Notes: generated by a model not told the origin, from the sequence alone. A DNA stretch of 64,000 bases from Syntrophales bacterium (GCA_963666365.2 CAXXNF010000002.1:96001-160000); one strand, 5' to 3'; shown: positions 50,152 through 60,291, numbered from the stretch's first letter. A program made the numbers and translations.

Positions 50152-53100
50152 GTGACGTTCCCATTGTTTTCTCACAGTTTGACTCAGGACGCGACAGTGA
50201 TGAAGAACCCGAAACCGGGAAATGCTCCTGCTGCTTTGACAGCGCTGTCTTTTGCCTGTGACGGGGGACTGGGAGAGGATTTCCATGATATACTGAAGGA
50301 ACAATGCGCCACTATCCGGAAGGGGATGCCGGGCGATTCCCGATGGCGAGAATGCCGGGAAGTCACCGTGCCCCGAGATGCTGACGGCACACATTGCCTG
50401 CCGGGGATGAAATCACCGTTACGGAACGAACAATTGCCCATCCCCGATTCGGAAAAGATCGGCGTCCTGCCGTCAAAAGCTCATCCTAATGAGCCGTTAA
50501 ACAGGATGGACAGGGGCATGGTGCTCAATGCGGTGCGTGCGGCACTTCATGCCACCCGGCCGGTAAAAAATACCGCAGCGTCTTTTTCAGAGGATAGACC
50601 CTTCGCTCTGCTGCGTACGTTGATGAGGGGGAGCGGCGATGACGAAAGCGCCGCCGGCGCCCTGGCGGATAGAACGGGAAGTGCGCAGCCCTCAGTTTCT
50701 GCGTCTGCCGTCGAGACCGCTGCGCCGGATAGGACCCCTGGCGCCGATCATGATCGGGCCGAGGCGGTGATGGGCGCTCTGCTCACCGGTCTTCCGGGGA
50801 ACTGCCTCCTGTCAGGCAGGCTGGCGGCGGCCACGGAGATCGTCAGTGACGCGGGAGGCACGCCTCCCCCGAGCTTAGCCCTGGGGGATAGAATGGGAAG
50901 TGCGCAGTCCTCTGCTTCTGTACCTGTCGTCGAGACCGCTGCGCCGGATAGGGCCGTTGGCAACAGTAAAGGTCAGGCCGAGGCGGCGATAGGCGCTCTG
51001 CTCACCGGCCTTCTGGGGAACTACCTCCTGTCGGGCAGGGCGGCGGCAACGGAGACCGTCAGTGACGGGGGAGGCGCGCCTCCCCCGAGCCTTGCGCTGG
51101 CGGATAGAACAGGAAGTGCGCAGCCCTCAGTTTCTGCGCCTTCCGTCGAGACCTCTGCGCCGGATAGGGCCGTTGGCAACAGTAAAGGTCAGGCCGAGAT
51201 GGCGATAGGCGCTCTACTCACCGGCCTTCCGAGGAACTACCTCCTGTCGGTCGGGGCGGCGGCAACGGAGACCGTCAGTGACGGGGGAGGCGCGCCTCCC
51301 CCGAGCCTTGCGCTGGCGGATAGAACGGGAAGTGCGCAGCCCTCAGTTTCTGCGCCTTCCGTTGAGACCTCTGCGCCGGATAGGGCCGTTGGCAACAGTA
51401 AAGGTCAGGCCGAGATGGCGATAGGCGCTCTGCTCACCGGCCTTCTGGGGAACTACCTCCTGTCGGGCAGGGCGGCGGCAACGGAGACCGTCAGTGACGG
51501 GGAAGGCGCGCCTCCCCCGAGCCTTGCGCTGGCGGATAGAGCGGGAAGTGCGCAGCCCTCAGTTTCTGCGCCTTCCGTTGAGACCTCTGCGCCGGATAGG
51601 GCCGTTGGCAACAGTAAAGGTCAGGCCGAGGCGGCGATAGGCGCTCTGCTCACCGGCCTTCTGGGGAACTACCTCCTGTCGGGCAGGGCGGCGGCAACGG
51701 AGACCGTCAGTGACGGGGGAGGCGCGCCTCCCCCGAGCCTTGCGCTGGCGGATAGAACAGGAAATGCGCAGCCTTTAGTTTCTGCGCCTTCCGTCGAGAC
51801 CTCTGCGCCGGATAGGGCCGTTGGCAACAGTAAAGGTCAGGCCGAGGCGGCGAGAGGCGCTCTGCTTACCGGTCTTGGCGTCATGGCGCCTGTTTCGAAA
51901 GAATTGCCCTTAGAACTCTCTCGAATACTGGAGATTGTTGGACGTACTCTGTCTCCTGAAGCTGTGTCTGCTGACCCGCAAGGGGCCGTTTCAGGGGCAA
52001 TGAAAGAAGCAGTTTTTCACTACTTCAAGGGGCAAGGGGCCGGTTTCGGTAATAATCAGGCGGCAATGCAATTCGGCGGCGGGACAATGCAGGAATCAGT
52101 ATATGCTCCGGCGATGGGAAACATCATGAAAGAAGGACCTTTTACGAAACCGGGAACAACGAACCCGGGCGGTAAGGTCTTTCTCGGTGCAGACAGCGGA
52201 GTGAGTGTGCAGGATGAAAGGAAAGGCATGCTGCAGGCTGTCGTTGATGAAGCGTCGCGCAGGCAGGAAAGGGATGGTGCGATGCCGAAGGAGGGAAGCA
52301 CCCGCCTGCGTTCAACTGGTGTGCCCGCAGCCGGTTCAAATGAGAATGAACAGATACTGACGCGTTACCGCAATGAACAGACGTCACCGGCCGGGAGCGA
52401 TCCCGGGAGGCTGTCCTTGGGTGCGTCCTGGGAAAGGACGAGAGTCTACAGAGTGTCCTCGGACGCCTTGCCAGGGCAACAGGCTGAAGCAACCGAATCC
52501 GTGCGGATGAAGGGCGTCCCGGGATATGGCGCGATCGTTTCAAAGGAGAAGGGTGTTGCGATGCATGCCCGTCAAGACGTGAAAAAGAAGAGCCCGGGCA
52601 AGGGAGGTCTGAGCGATACACCGCAGTCTCCCCCTACATTCATTTCCGGAGAGGTGGGCAAAGAGGCGCATAAAACAGATCGAAATGGGCAATCATTGCT
52701 GCGCGATGTGAGGAAGTTCCGGCTCATCGATCGCAATGCCTCTGAAAGGCCTGCACAAGGCAATTCACCCGACGTGGAAAAGGAAGCGCTGCGGCAGCAG
52801 CCGGAAAGCGGGAGGCAGGTTTTACCTTCCCTTTCAGGGGGAGAAGAACCGGCCGGCATGAAACGCTTCGATGTTGAGTTGCAGGAGCGTGCTCTGTCTC
52901 AGAAAGAGGCAGTGTCGACCAATCAGTCACAGCCCACAGTCCGTCATGCCCAGGCAGTTGACTCCTTCCCCGGTACAGAAATGAGGGCGCCCGCTGACGA
53001 CAGACCCGTAAAAACGGAAATGCTGGTTGAACGGGTGCTTGCCGCTGTGTCAAATCCGGCCAAAGGAGGAGTGAATCGAGTAAAAATCGCGCTCAATCCC

Positions 53101-53463
53101 CCCAATATGGGGACTATGGACATGGAGGTCATCGTACGCGATAAAATGGTGCGTGTGGTATTTCGGGTCGAGGGTACAGAGGTGAGCCGATTTCTCAATG
53201 CCAATGTTGAACAGTTGAGAAATTCGCTTGCCGGTCAGGGATTGACGGTCGACTCGATACTCGTCAGCGGACAGGGAGAACAGGCGAGCGGTGAACGGTA
53301 CGGATCCGCCCAGGGCGGACAATTCTTTCAGCATGAAGGCAACAGAAGCGGCAATCATGCCGGTGAAAAATATGGCGGTTCCATGACGGCGCAAAAGGAT
53401 AACCCGCCTGAAGCGAAAAACGCCACAGACCATCTCCACGGAATGGTGAGTCTCTTCGTGTGA
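50152..53463 (+). CDS. fliK: Hook-length control protein FliK, very long, with internal tandem repeats
   Basis: C-terminal domain KIALNPPNMG.MD.EV......V.V.F...L.AN..QLR.SL..QGL; directly upstream of flgD; start uncertain. Confidence 0.88.
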   Translation: MTFPLFSHSLTQDATVMKNPKPGNAPAALTALSFACDGGLGEDFHDILKEQCATIRKGMPGDSRWRECREVTVPRDADGTHCLPGMKSPLRNEQLPIPDSEKIGVLPSKAHPNEPLNRMDRGMVLNAVRAALHATRPVKNTAASFSEDRPFALLRTLMRGSGDDESAAGALADRTGSAQPSVSASAVETAAPDRTPGADHDRAEAVMGALLTGLPGNCLLSGRLAAATEIVSDAGGTPPPSLALGDRMGSAQSSASVPVVETAAPDRAVGNSKGQAEAAIGALLTGLLGNYLLSGRAAATETVSDGGGAPPPSLALADRTGSAQPSVSAPSVETSAPDRAVGNSKGQAEMAIGALLTGLPRNYLLSVGAAATETVSDGGGAPPPSLALADRTGSAQPSVSAPSVETSAPDRAVGNSKGQAEMAIGALLTGLLGNYLLSGRAAATETVSDGEGAPPPSLALADRAGSAQPSVSAPSVETSAPDRAVGNSKGQAEAAIGALLTGLLGNYLLSGRAAATETVSDGGGAPPPSLALADRTGNAQPLVSAPSVETSAPDRAVGNSKGQAEAARGALLTGLGVMAPVSKELPLELSRILEIVGRTLSPEAVSADPQGAVSGAMKEAVFHYFKGQGAGFGNNQAAMQFGGGTMQESVYAPAMGNIMKEGPFTKPGTTNPGGKVFLGADSGVSVQDERKGMLQAVVDEASRRQERDGAMPKEGSTRLRSTGVPAAGSNENEQILTRYRNEQTSPAGSDPGRLSLGASWERTRVYRVSSDALPGQQAEATESVRMKGVPGYGAIVSKEKGVAMHARQDVKKKSPGKGGLSDTPQSPPTFISGEVGKEAHKTDRNGQSLLRDVRKFRLIDRNASERPAQGNSPDVEKEALRQQPESGRQVLPSLSGGEEPAGMKRFDVELQERALSQKEAVSTNQSQPTVRHAQAVDSFPGTEMRAPADDRPVKTEMLVERVLAAVSNPAKGGVNRVKIALNPPNMGTMDMEVIVRDKMVRVVFRVEGTEVSRFLNANVEQLRNSLAGQGLTVDSILVSGQGEQASGERYGSAQGGQFFQHEGNRSGNHAGEKYGGSMTAQKDNPPEAKNATDHLHGMVSLFV
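50659..51876 (+). repeat. In-frame tandem array of about 5.6 x 216-bp (72-aa) units in fliK
   Basis: Unit marker CTGG(C/G)GGATAGA at 50662, 50881, 51097, 51313, 51529, 51745 (spacing 219, then 216 four times). Confidence 0.97.
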
Positions 53464-53482
53464 GAGGAAAAAATGAGAGGTA

Positions 53483-54127
53483 ATGTCTATGTCAACGATT
53501 AGTGCGGTCAATCCAACAAATGCGACTGTCGGGACGAGTGCGACTCAATCTTCCACCATGGGCAAGGATGAGTTCCTCCGACTGCTGATCACACAGCTCA
53601 AGAATCAGGACCCTCTCAATCCGATGGATGGTGCGGAATTCACGGCACAGCTTGCCCAATTTTCAAGTCTGGAACAACTGTACAACCTTAACGATCAATT
53701 TAAAACCTTTGGTTCATCACAACTGACAATGAACAATATGAAGTCGGTTGACCTGATCGGCAGGGAGATAACCACGGAGGGTAAGGGACTCGTGGTGGAT
53801 GGCGATAGCACGCACATCTCCTACACTCTCGATGAAACCGTGAAAAGCGGGACCATCGAAATTTATAATTCCGACGGTAAAGTTGCGGCCACACTCGATA
53901 TCGGCAGTCAGGATGCGGGAGAACACTCTGTAGAATGGGACTGCAGTGCCATAGAAAGGGGAAATTACTCCTTTGAAGTGGCGGCACAGGGGTCGGACGG
54001 TAAAAATGTTTCGTACACCCCTCATATGCAGGGGATTGTGACGGGCGTGATCTTCAAGGAAGATGGGGTGTACCTCGCGGTAGGCGATGAAGAAATCGCT
54101 GCAAAGGACGTCACATCGGTCCAATGA
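53483..54127 (+). CDS. flgD: Hook cap protein FlgD
   Basis: FLRLLITQLKNQDPLNP, QLAQFSSLEQ. Confidence 0.96.
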   Translation: MSMSTISAVNPTNATVGTSATQSSTMGKDEFLRLLITQLKNQDPLNPMDGAEFTAQLAQFSSLEQLYNLNDQFKTFGSSQLTMNNMKSVDLIGREITTEGKGLVVDGDSTHISYTLDETVKSGTIEIYNSDGKVAATLDIGSQDAGEHSVEWDCSAIERGNYSFEVAAQGSDGKNVSYTPHMQGIVTGVIFKEDGVYLAVGDEEIAAKDVTSVQ

Positions 54128-54171
54128 ATAAATGTGAAAATAACACTATATAGCGTAAGGAGGAAACACAG

Positions 54172-55710
54172 ATGGCCAGTTCATTGTATGCAGGAATTTC
54201 GGGGCTTAATGCAAGCGCGAAGCAGTTGGATGTGATCGGTAATAATATTGCCAACGTCAACACGGTAGGATTCAGGGCAGGCAAAATTCAATTTGCCGAC
54301 ATTCTCAGCCAGAGCATGTCCGGAGGGTCATCCAATGCCATGCAGATCGGGCGCGGAGTTGCCGTATCGGATATTGCAACACAATTCTCTTCCGGATCCG
54401 TGGAAACCACATCCAATGCCACGGACCTTTCCATTGACGGCGAGGGCTTTTTCATGGTGAATGATCCCAATGGAGGCACCTACTATACCAGGGCTGGCGC
54501 CTTTCATCTCGACAGTGGCGGAAATCTCGTTGATGTGAACGGTTACACCGTGCAGGGGTATAACCTGTTAAGCGCTAATCCAAATACCATTACCGATATA
54601 TCCCTCAAGGATGTGCAATCGAATCCGGAGGTGACCACTACCGTGTCGGTCGGCGCCAATCTCAATTCCCAGACGGATGCGGGACGCATTTTTAACGCGG
54701 CACAGACCGTGTATGATTCGCTGGGTCAGGTTCATACGCTGAAGATGGAATTTCAGAAAACGGAAGCAAATGGATGCTGGAGCGTTCAGGCCTATCTGGA
54801 TAATAACGAAGTGAATGCCATGGATTATAGCGGACTGGCCTTTGATGAAAATGGGACGCTCGAGAGTGTGTACGGCGCAACGGCCACTGAGACATTAACC
54901 ACCGTCGCCGGTACCGCCACCGTTGCTGTTGATAGAGAAGGGCAGATCTACCGGGACGGCGCCGTGACCCTCACGCGCGGGGCAGCGGCCGGGGTTTGGA
55001 CGATCGCCAGTGCCGAATATGAAAATGCGGTGATCGCATCGTCAGGCGCCGATGGCGTCGATGATTTGCTGGCCATCGATCTGGATGGGGCAGGCGGCGC
55101 CGATATCACCGTGAGTCTCGGCGGCACTTGGGCGGCGGCGGACACGGTTGCGCTTGCCCTTGACCAGACGGCAACCGCTCCCGTTGATATTACCATGCAG
55201 GCAGCCGCGCTTTCAAACGGTGCGACCATCGGTCTTTCTGAGAGCGGCGTCAATGAGGTGACCTGGGATCTGGCCGGCGCCGACGCCGAGGCACTCACGG
55301 GATTTGCCAGCACCTCGGTGGTTAAGGCCCTGACGCACGACGGCTATGCATCCGGTGTGCTGCAGAGTATTTCCGTCCAGTCCGACGGTACTATCACAGG
55401 CTTTTTCACCAACGGTCAGACGTCGAGCGTCGGGCAGCTTGTGCTGGCCGATTTTTCGAATCCCTCGGGTCTTCAGCGGATGGGATCGAATCTCTTCGGT
55501 GAGACGCTGTCGTCCGGAGTGGCCATCAAGAACGCGCCGGGTTCGGCCGGCATGGGTGAGCTTACCGCCAACTCGCTTGAACTTTCAAACACGGATTTGG
55601 CCACTGAGTTCGTGAACATGATCACGGCGCAGCGCGCCTATCAGGCAAGTGCAAAGGTGGTGACTACCACCGATACGCTTATGAGCGAACTGATGAATAT
55701 CAAGAGATAA
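54172..55710 (+). CDS. flgE: Hook protein FlgE
   Basis: GNNIANVNTVGF, TDLSIDGEGFF, YTRAGAF, VYDSLG, LELSNTDLATEFVNMI.AQRAYQA. Confidence 0.96.
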   Translation: MASSLYAGISGLNASAKQLDVIGNNIANVNTVGFRAGKIQFADILSQSMSGGSSNAMQIGRGVAVSDIATQFSSGSVETTSNATDLSIDGEGFFMVNDPNGGTYYTRAGAFHLDSGGNLVDVNGYTVQGYNLLSANPNTITDISLKDVQSNPEVTTTVSVGANLNSQTDAGRIFNAAQTVYDSLGQVHTLKMEFQKTEANGCWSVQAYLDNNEVNAMDYSGLAFDENGTLESVYGATATETLTTVAGTATVAVDREGQIYRDGAVTLTRGAAAGVWTIASAEYENAVIASSGADGVDDLLAIDLDGAGGADITVSLGGTWAAADTVALALDQTATAPVDITMQAAALSNGATIGLSESGVNEVTWDLAGADAEALTGFASTSVVKALTHDGYASGVLQSISVQSDGTITGFFTNGQTSSVGQLVLADFSNPSGLQRMGSNLFGETLSSGVAIKNAPGSAGMGELTANSLELSNTDLATEFVNMITAQRAYQASAKVVTTTDTLMSELMNIKR

Positions 55711-55857
55711 GCGAAAAAGGCAGGAAGAGGTATGGATGTCAAAAAAGTGGAAAGGGTGTGAGAGAGGCGCCAGCGAGAATGGACTTCTCATATTCATCAC
55801 GGCTTTCCAAGAGACACCGGTTTTTGGCGGGGGGGGAGCGACTCTGTCGCTCCTGCT

Positions 55858-55890
55858 GTCAAATTAATGACGACTTGTCAAAAAGACATT
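55858..55890 (+). promoter_or_regulatory. Putative UAS boxes upstream of the motA sigma54 promoter
   Basis: GTCAAATTAATGAC (55858-55871) and GTCAAAAAGACA (55877). Confidence 0.5.
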
Positions 55891-56044
55891 TCACCGTCAG
55901 GTGTGCTGGGGAAATCCCCCTGCTCAGGACGGCCTTAGGACGAACTTTCTTAACCCTTCAATAAATACATCATTCGCGTTGTTTTCACCGGCTTTTCTGC
56001 ATTCGTCCGGCATTGCAATGTCCCTCTGGCCCAGTGTTTGGGTT

Positions 56045-56060
56045 TGGTACGGTATTTGCT
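56045..56060 (+). promoter_or_regulatory. Sigma54 promoter of the motA operon
   Basis: TGGTACGGTATTTGCT. Confidence 0.85.
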
Positions 56061-56095
56061 CATTCTTTCCCAAAATCGACGACGGATGCGTAGAA

Positions 56096-56857
56096 ATGGA
56101 TCTTGCCACTATTGCGGGTATTTTAAGCGGTTTCGGACTTGTCATAGTTGCCATGAGTATGGGGGGAGGACTCTCGTGGTTTATTAATATTCCTTCGGCA
56201 CTTATCGTGATGGGCGGGACGTTGGGGGCGGTCCTTATCAACTACCCCATAACGGATATGCTGGGCGTCATGAAAGTGGCGAAGCAGGTGTTCTTTCAAA
56301 AGGAAATAAGTGCAAACTGGGCGATAGAAACGCTCATCGACATGTCAAAAACCGCCCGGCGTGAAGGAATACTGGCACTGGAAAAGAGGGTCGATGAGAT
56401 AAAAGATCCCTTCTTTTCCAAGGGAATCGGTCTGATGATTGACGGCATCGAACCGGGAACACTCTCGAAGATTCTGCATACCGAGCTGGAGTTTATCGAG
56501 GAGCGGCACCGGCTGGGCGCCGAAATATTTACCACCATGGGAAACTTCGCCCCCGCCATGGGGATGATGGGCACGCTGATCGGCCTGGTCAAGATGCTTA
56601 TGCAGATGGATGATCCCAGTTCAATCGGACCGGCCATGGCCGTGGCACTGATCACCACCTTCTATGGCGTTATCCTCGCCAACATGGTGTTCCTGCCCAT
56701 TGCGGGAAAATTAAAAACACGGAGCGCGCAGGAGCTTCTGGTAAAGCAGATGATGATCAATGGGATTCTCTCGGTTCAGTCGGGAGACAATCCCCGTGTG
56801 TTGGAGCAGAAGCTGCACTCTTTCATCTCTCCGGGGAAACGGAAGTCGGTCCTGTAA
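56096..56857 (+). CDS. motA: Stator A subunit MotA/PomA
   Basis: MDLATIAG, ARREGILALE, APAMGMMGTLIGL, MAVALITTFYG. Confidence 0.95.
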   Translation: MDLATIAGILSGFGLVIVAMSMGGGLSWFINIPSALIVMGGTLGAVLINYPITDMLGVMKVAKQVFFQKEISANWAIETLIDMSKTARREGILALEKRVDEIKDPFFSKGIGLMIDGIEPGTLSKILHTELEFIEERHRLGAEIFTTMGNFAPAMGMMGTLIGLVKMLMQMDDPSSIGPAMAVALITTFYGVILANMVFLPIAGKLKTRSAQELLVKQMMINGILSVQSGDNPRVLEQKLHSFISPGKRKSVL

Positions 56858-56859
56858 CC

Positions 56860-57642
56860 ATGGAGCAAGAGCAGATCAGAAGACGAAAAGGCGCCCCTTC
56901 AGGGGCTACATGGGAGACGATATATTGTTCCCTTGCACTCATTCTGGTCGCGTTTTTTGCCATGCTCGTATCCTATTCGAGCATAGATGAGGGAAAGACG
57001 ACGAATTTTAAGCGTGGATTCGGCGGTGATCAGCCCAAAGGGATAGAGGGTCTTATGTCCTACGGTACGGGTGGGTTCAAGACGGATAAGGGGAAAGGCA
57101 GCGCGATTCTTAAGCCTTCAAAGGATATTATCAAAGATGAACATTCGAAGGCGATGCTTACGCTCAAGATGTTGAAAAAATATCTGCGCGATACGGGGCT
57201 GGATAATGTCATTCGAGTGGAACAGACACAGGGCGGCTTTAAGGCCGTGTTTGAAGACGATGTGCTCTTCCCCTCGGGCGTGGCGGAGATTTCCCCGGCG
57301 CTCTACCCTGTGCTGGATCGATTGACTCAGGTTGCCAGGGAGAGCGTCTTCGATGTGTGGATCGAGGGTCATACGGATACGATTCCGATAGCAACGCCGC
57401 GCTTTCCCTCGAACTGGGAATTGTCCACCGACAGGGCCGTCAGCGTTCTCCGGTATTTTATGGAGCGGGGCGGTGTGCCGGCGAAGCGGCTTTTCGCTGT
57501 GGGATTCGGGCAGTATCGGCCGGTGGCGTCGAATGATACTGCCGAGGGGCGAGGGAAAAATCGCCGTGTCGAATGTCGATTCGAAAAGGCGGTTGCTCAC
57601 GATTCGGGAGAAAAAGGGGGGACCGATGGGAAGACGCCGTAG
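56860..57642 (+). CDS. motB: MotB-like stator subunit 1 (TM Asp replaced by Ser)
   Basis: TM WETIYCSLALILVAFF; OmpA-like domain EGHTD, SNWELS..RA, NRRVE. Confidence 0.85.
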   Translation: MEQEQIRRRKGAPSGATWETIYCSLALILVAFFAMLVSYSSIDEGKTTNFKRGFGGDQPKGIEGLMSYGTGGFKTDKGKGSAILKPSKDIIKDEHSKAMLTLKMLKKYLRDTGLDNVIRVEQTQGGFKAVFEDDVLFPSGVAEISPALYPVLDRLTQVARESVFDVWIEGHTDTIPIATPRFPSNWELSTDRAVSVLRYFMERGGVPAKRLFAVGFGQYRPVASNDTAEGRGKNRRVECRFEKAVAHDSGEKGGTDGKTP

Positions 57643-58306
57643 TGAAGAGGCGGATCAGGGCGGTAAGTGGCTGACCACTTTCAACGATCTGGTAACACTT
57701 CTGCTCACCTTTTTTGTGCTTACCCTGTCGCTTTCGAAACTGGATACGGCAAAGGTGAAGGAGATGTCGCGCTCTGTGAACTCTGCAATGGGAAGGCTCG
57801 AGGAAGGAACGAAGGTCGGCATACAGGTGTTTGAACCGTTTGTCCATCCGATCCGACACTACGGTTTGCCCCTGGAAAAAAAGAAAAAAGTCCTGGCAAA
57901 GAAGATTGCAGAACAGGGAACCATGGATGCGGAGGTACTCGAGAAAGGCGTCAGAGTTACAATGGATGAAAAAGTGCTGTTCGCCACGGGTGAAGCGGAA
58001 ATTCAATCACGGTTTTTCGATGATTTGCGTGTGCTTTGCCTGGAGTTTCGTGAGGTGGAAGGGGAGATTTGCGTGGAGGGGCATACTGATGATGTTCCTA
58101 TCAATACCGCTCGATTTCCTTCCAACTGGGAGCTTTCATCTGCCCGAGCGGCCAGCGTGGTCAGATTCATGGTGGAGCAGGGCATTGCGCCGGAGCGGCT
58201 GTCCGTTGCGGGCTATGGTGATTTCCGTCCACGTCGCGAGGGCGGTGAACGCGCCGACAGGGCCGCAAACAGACGAGTTGAAATCGTGGTGAAGGTAAAG
58301 GAATGA
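57626..58306 (+). CDS. motB: MotB stator subunit 2 (canonical)
   Basis: WLTTFNDLVTLLLTFFVL; EGHTD, SNWELS..RA, NRRVE. Confidence 0.92.
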   Translation: MGRRRSEEADQGGKWLTTFNDLVTLLLTFFVLTLSLSKLDTAKVKEMSRSVNSAMGRLEEGTKVGIQVFEPFVHPIRHYGLPLEKKKKVLAKKIAEQGTMDAEVLEKGVRVTMDEKVLFATGEAEIQSRFFDDLRVLCLEFREVEGEICVEGHTDDVPINTARFPSNWELSSARAASVVRFMVEQGIAPERLSVAGYGDFRPRREGGERADRAANRRVEIVVKVKE

Positions 58307-58318
58307 CAAGGAGGTACG

Positions 58319-58810
58319 ATGGCTGCGGAAGAAAAAAAAGAAAGTAATGAAGCTTCGGAGAAAAAGGGAAAATCCGGTTTTGGCATCAAAGTGATCATTG
58401 GCGCCCTTGTACTTATTCTGGCTGCCGGAGGTGCATTTTTCGGATGGAAAATGTACACAAGCCGAATGGTTGCACTCGAGAAAAAACAGGAAGAGCCGGC
58501 CGTCAAAATCGGGACGCTTTGGTCGCTCGGCCCCATGATTGTCAATCTTCTCGATAATGAAGGCGAGAGATACCTGAAGGTGAACATTGAGATAGAGCTG
58601 TCAAGTCCCGAATGTGCAGCGGAACTCGACCTTCTGAGACCGAAGATCATGGACGGCATTCTGGACCTCCTTTCTTCGAAATCATACAAGGAGATTGTAG
58701 GGTTCGAGGGGAAACAGCATCTGAGAGATGAAATTTCGATGCGCATAAACAATTATCTCAGCAAAGGGCGCATTGTGCATGTGTATTTTACCGAGTTTGT
58801 CGTGCAGTAG
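58319..58810 (+). CDS. fliL: FliL
   Basis: N-terminal TM, VNL, YLK, GK..LR.EI, VYFTEFVVQ. Confidence 0.93.
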   Translation: MAAEEKKESNEASEKKGKSGFGIKVIIGALVLILAAGGAFFGWKMYTSRMVALEKKQEEPAVKIGTLWSLGPMIVNLLDNEGERYLKVNIEIELSSPECAAELDLLRPKIMDGILDLLSSKSYKEIVGFEGKQHLRDEISMRINNYLSKGRIVHVYFTEFVVQ

Positions 58811-58861
58811 CATGCGACATAATTTCCTGTATCGGTAATTAAGAAAGAAAGTAGCAAGCCC

Positions 58862-59857
58862 ATGTCTCAAATATTGTCACAAAACGAAGTTGACGCACTT
58901 CTTCGGGGCATTTCGGAAGGCGAAGTCGAGGCGACGCAGCAGGGAGCGGCGCTCCAAGCGTCGGAGCCTGCCGGTGTCGTTGCCTACGACTTGACGAGTC
59001 ATAAAAAGATCGTCAGGGAACGAATGCCTTCCCTCGAAATCACCAATGAAAAATTCGGCCGACTTTTCAGAACAACCCTGTCGTCGATGCTCAGAAGGGT
59101 GGTCGGCGTAAGTTCCGGGCGGATAGACATGATCAAGTATGAGGAATTTTTGCGATCGCTCCCCTTTCCCACGAGCATGCATATTTTTAAAATGGAGCCG
59201 CTGAAGGGGAATATGGTGTTTATTGTGGAGTCGCAATTTATCTTCACGCTGGTTGATCTCCTTTTCGGGGGCACAGGGCGTGAGATATTCAAGCTGGAGG
59301 GACGAGACTTTACTTCCATAGAAAACAATATCGTGAAAAGGGTCGTGCTCAGTGCGCTGGCTGATCTCGAAGAGGCATGGCGCACTATAATCGACGTCAA
59401 AATATCCTACAAGCGCGCCGAAGCAAATCCCCAATTCGCCCAGATTGTCGGCCCTGCCGATGTGGTGATGGTAATTCCTTTCGATTTGGAAATGGAGTTT
59501 GCCTCGGGCAGAGTGACCGTCTGCATACCCTATTCCACACTGGAACCGATAAAGGACAAGCTTCAAGGAGGCTATCAGAGCGACAAGCTCGAATCGGACA
59601 GAGAATGGACGCAACGAATGAAGGAGGAACTGAGTCTTGCCGAGCTGGGACTGTCCGTCGAGCTGGGTGCCACGGAATTACCCGGGCGGGATATTTTGAA
59701 TCTGCGAATAGGGGACGTAATTCTCTTTGACCGGCATTGTAACGACGACCTCGACATCTTCGTGGAAGGACAATTGAAATTCAAGGGGCAACCGGGCGTG
59801 TTCAAAGGGAATCAATCCGTTCTGGTCGCGCAGGTGGTGACGGACGGCAAGGAATAA
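58862..59857 (+). CDS. fliM: FliM
   Basis: ILSQNEVDALL, LFGG.G, RDFT.IE, C-terminal SpoA domain. Confidence 0.96.
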   Translation: MSQILSQNEVDALLRGISEGEVEATQQGAALQASEPAGVVAYDLTSHKKIVRERMPSLEITNEKFGRLFRTTLSSMLRRVVGVSSGRIDMIKYEEFLRSLPFPTSMHIFKMEPLKGNMVFIVESQFIFTLVDLLFGGTGREIFKLEGRDFTSIENNIVKRVVLSALADLEEAWRTIIDVKISYKRAEANPQFAQIVGPADVVMVIPFDLEMEFASGRVTVCIPYSTLEPIKDKLQGGYQSDKLESDREWTQRMKEELSLAELGLSVELGATELPGRDILNLRIGDVILFDRHCNDDLDIFVEGQLKFKGQPGVFKGNQSVLVAQVVTDGKE

Positions 59858-59869
59858 CATGAGGGAGGA

Positions 59870-60268
59870 ATGGATTCAATGAAGAACGATGAGGATATCG
59901 GATGGGGAGATGCAATGAATGAACAGAATGCATCCACATCTCTGTCAAAAAGGGATGTGCAGAGCGTCACCTTTGATGAAATCGAAAAACAGACGGCGCC
60001 GCAGGGCGGGCTCAATCTTGATTTTATACTTGAAATACCGCTGAAAGTGTCCGCCGAACTGGGACGCTCCAAAATGCTGGTGGGCGACCTCCTGCAATTG
60101 GGACAGGGTTCCGTCATTGAACTGGACAAAATGGCCGGTGAGCCGATGGATATTTATGTCAACAGTCGGCTGATCGCCAGGGGCGAGGTAATTGTGGCGA
60201 ATGAAAAATTCGGTGTTCGGTTGACCGATGTGATATCGCCGGCCGAACGAATCAATAATCTGAAATAG
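59870..60268 (+). CDS. fliN: FliN
   Basis: [26 protein letters not shown]. Confidence 0.96.
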   Translation: MDSMKNDEDIGWGDAMNEQNASTSLSKRDVQSVTFDEIEKQTAPQGGLNLDFILEIPLKVSAELGRSKMLVGDLLQLGQGSVIELDKMAGEPMDIYVNSRLIARGEVIVANEKFGVRLTDVISPAERINNLK

Positions 60269-60291
60269 AAGATGAAGAGACTATAGCCGAT

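Noticed and set aside
50659..51876. 216-bp array as CRISPR or a mobile element
   Set aside because: Contiguous in-frame coding units with no unique spacers or terminal repeats.
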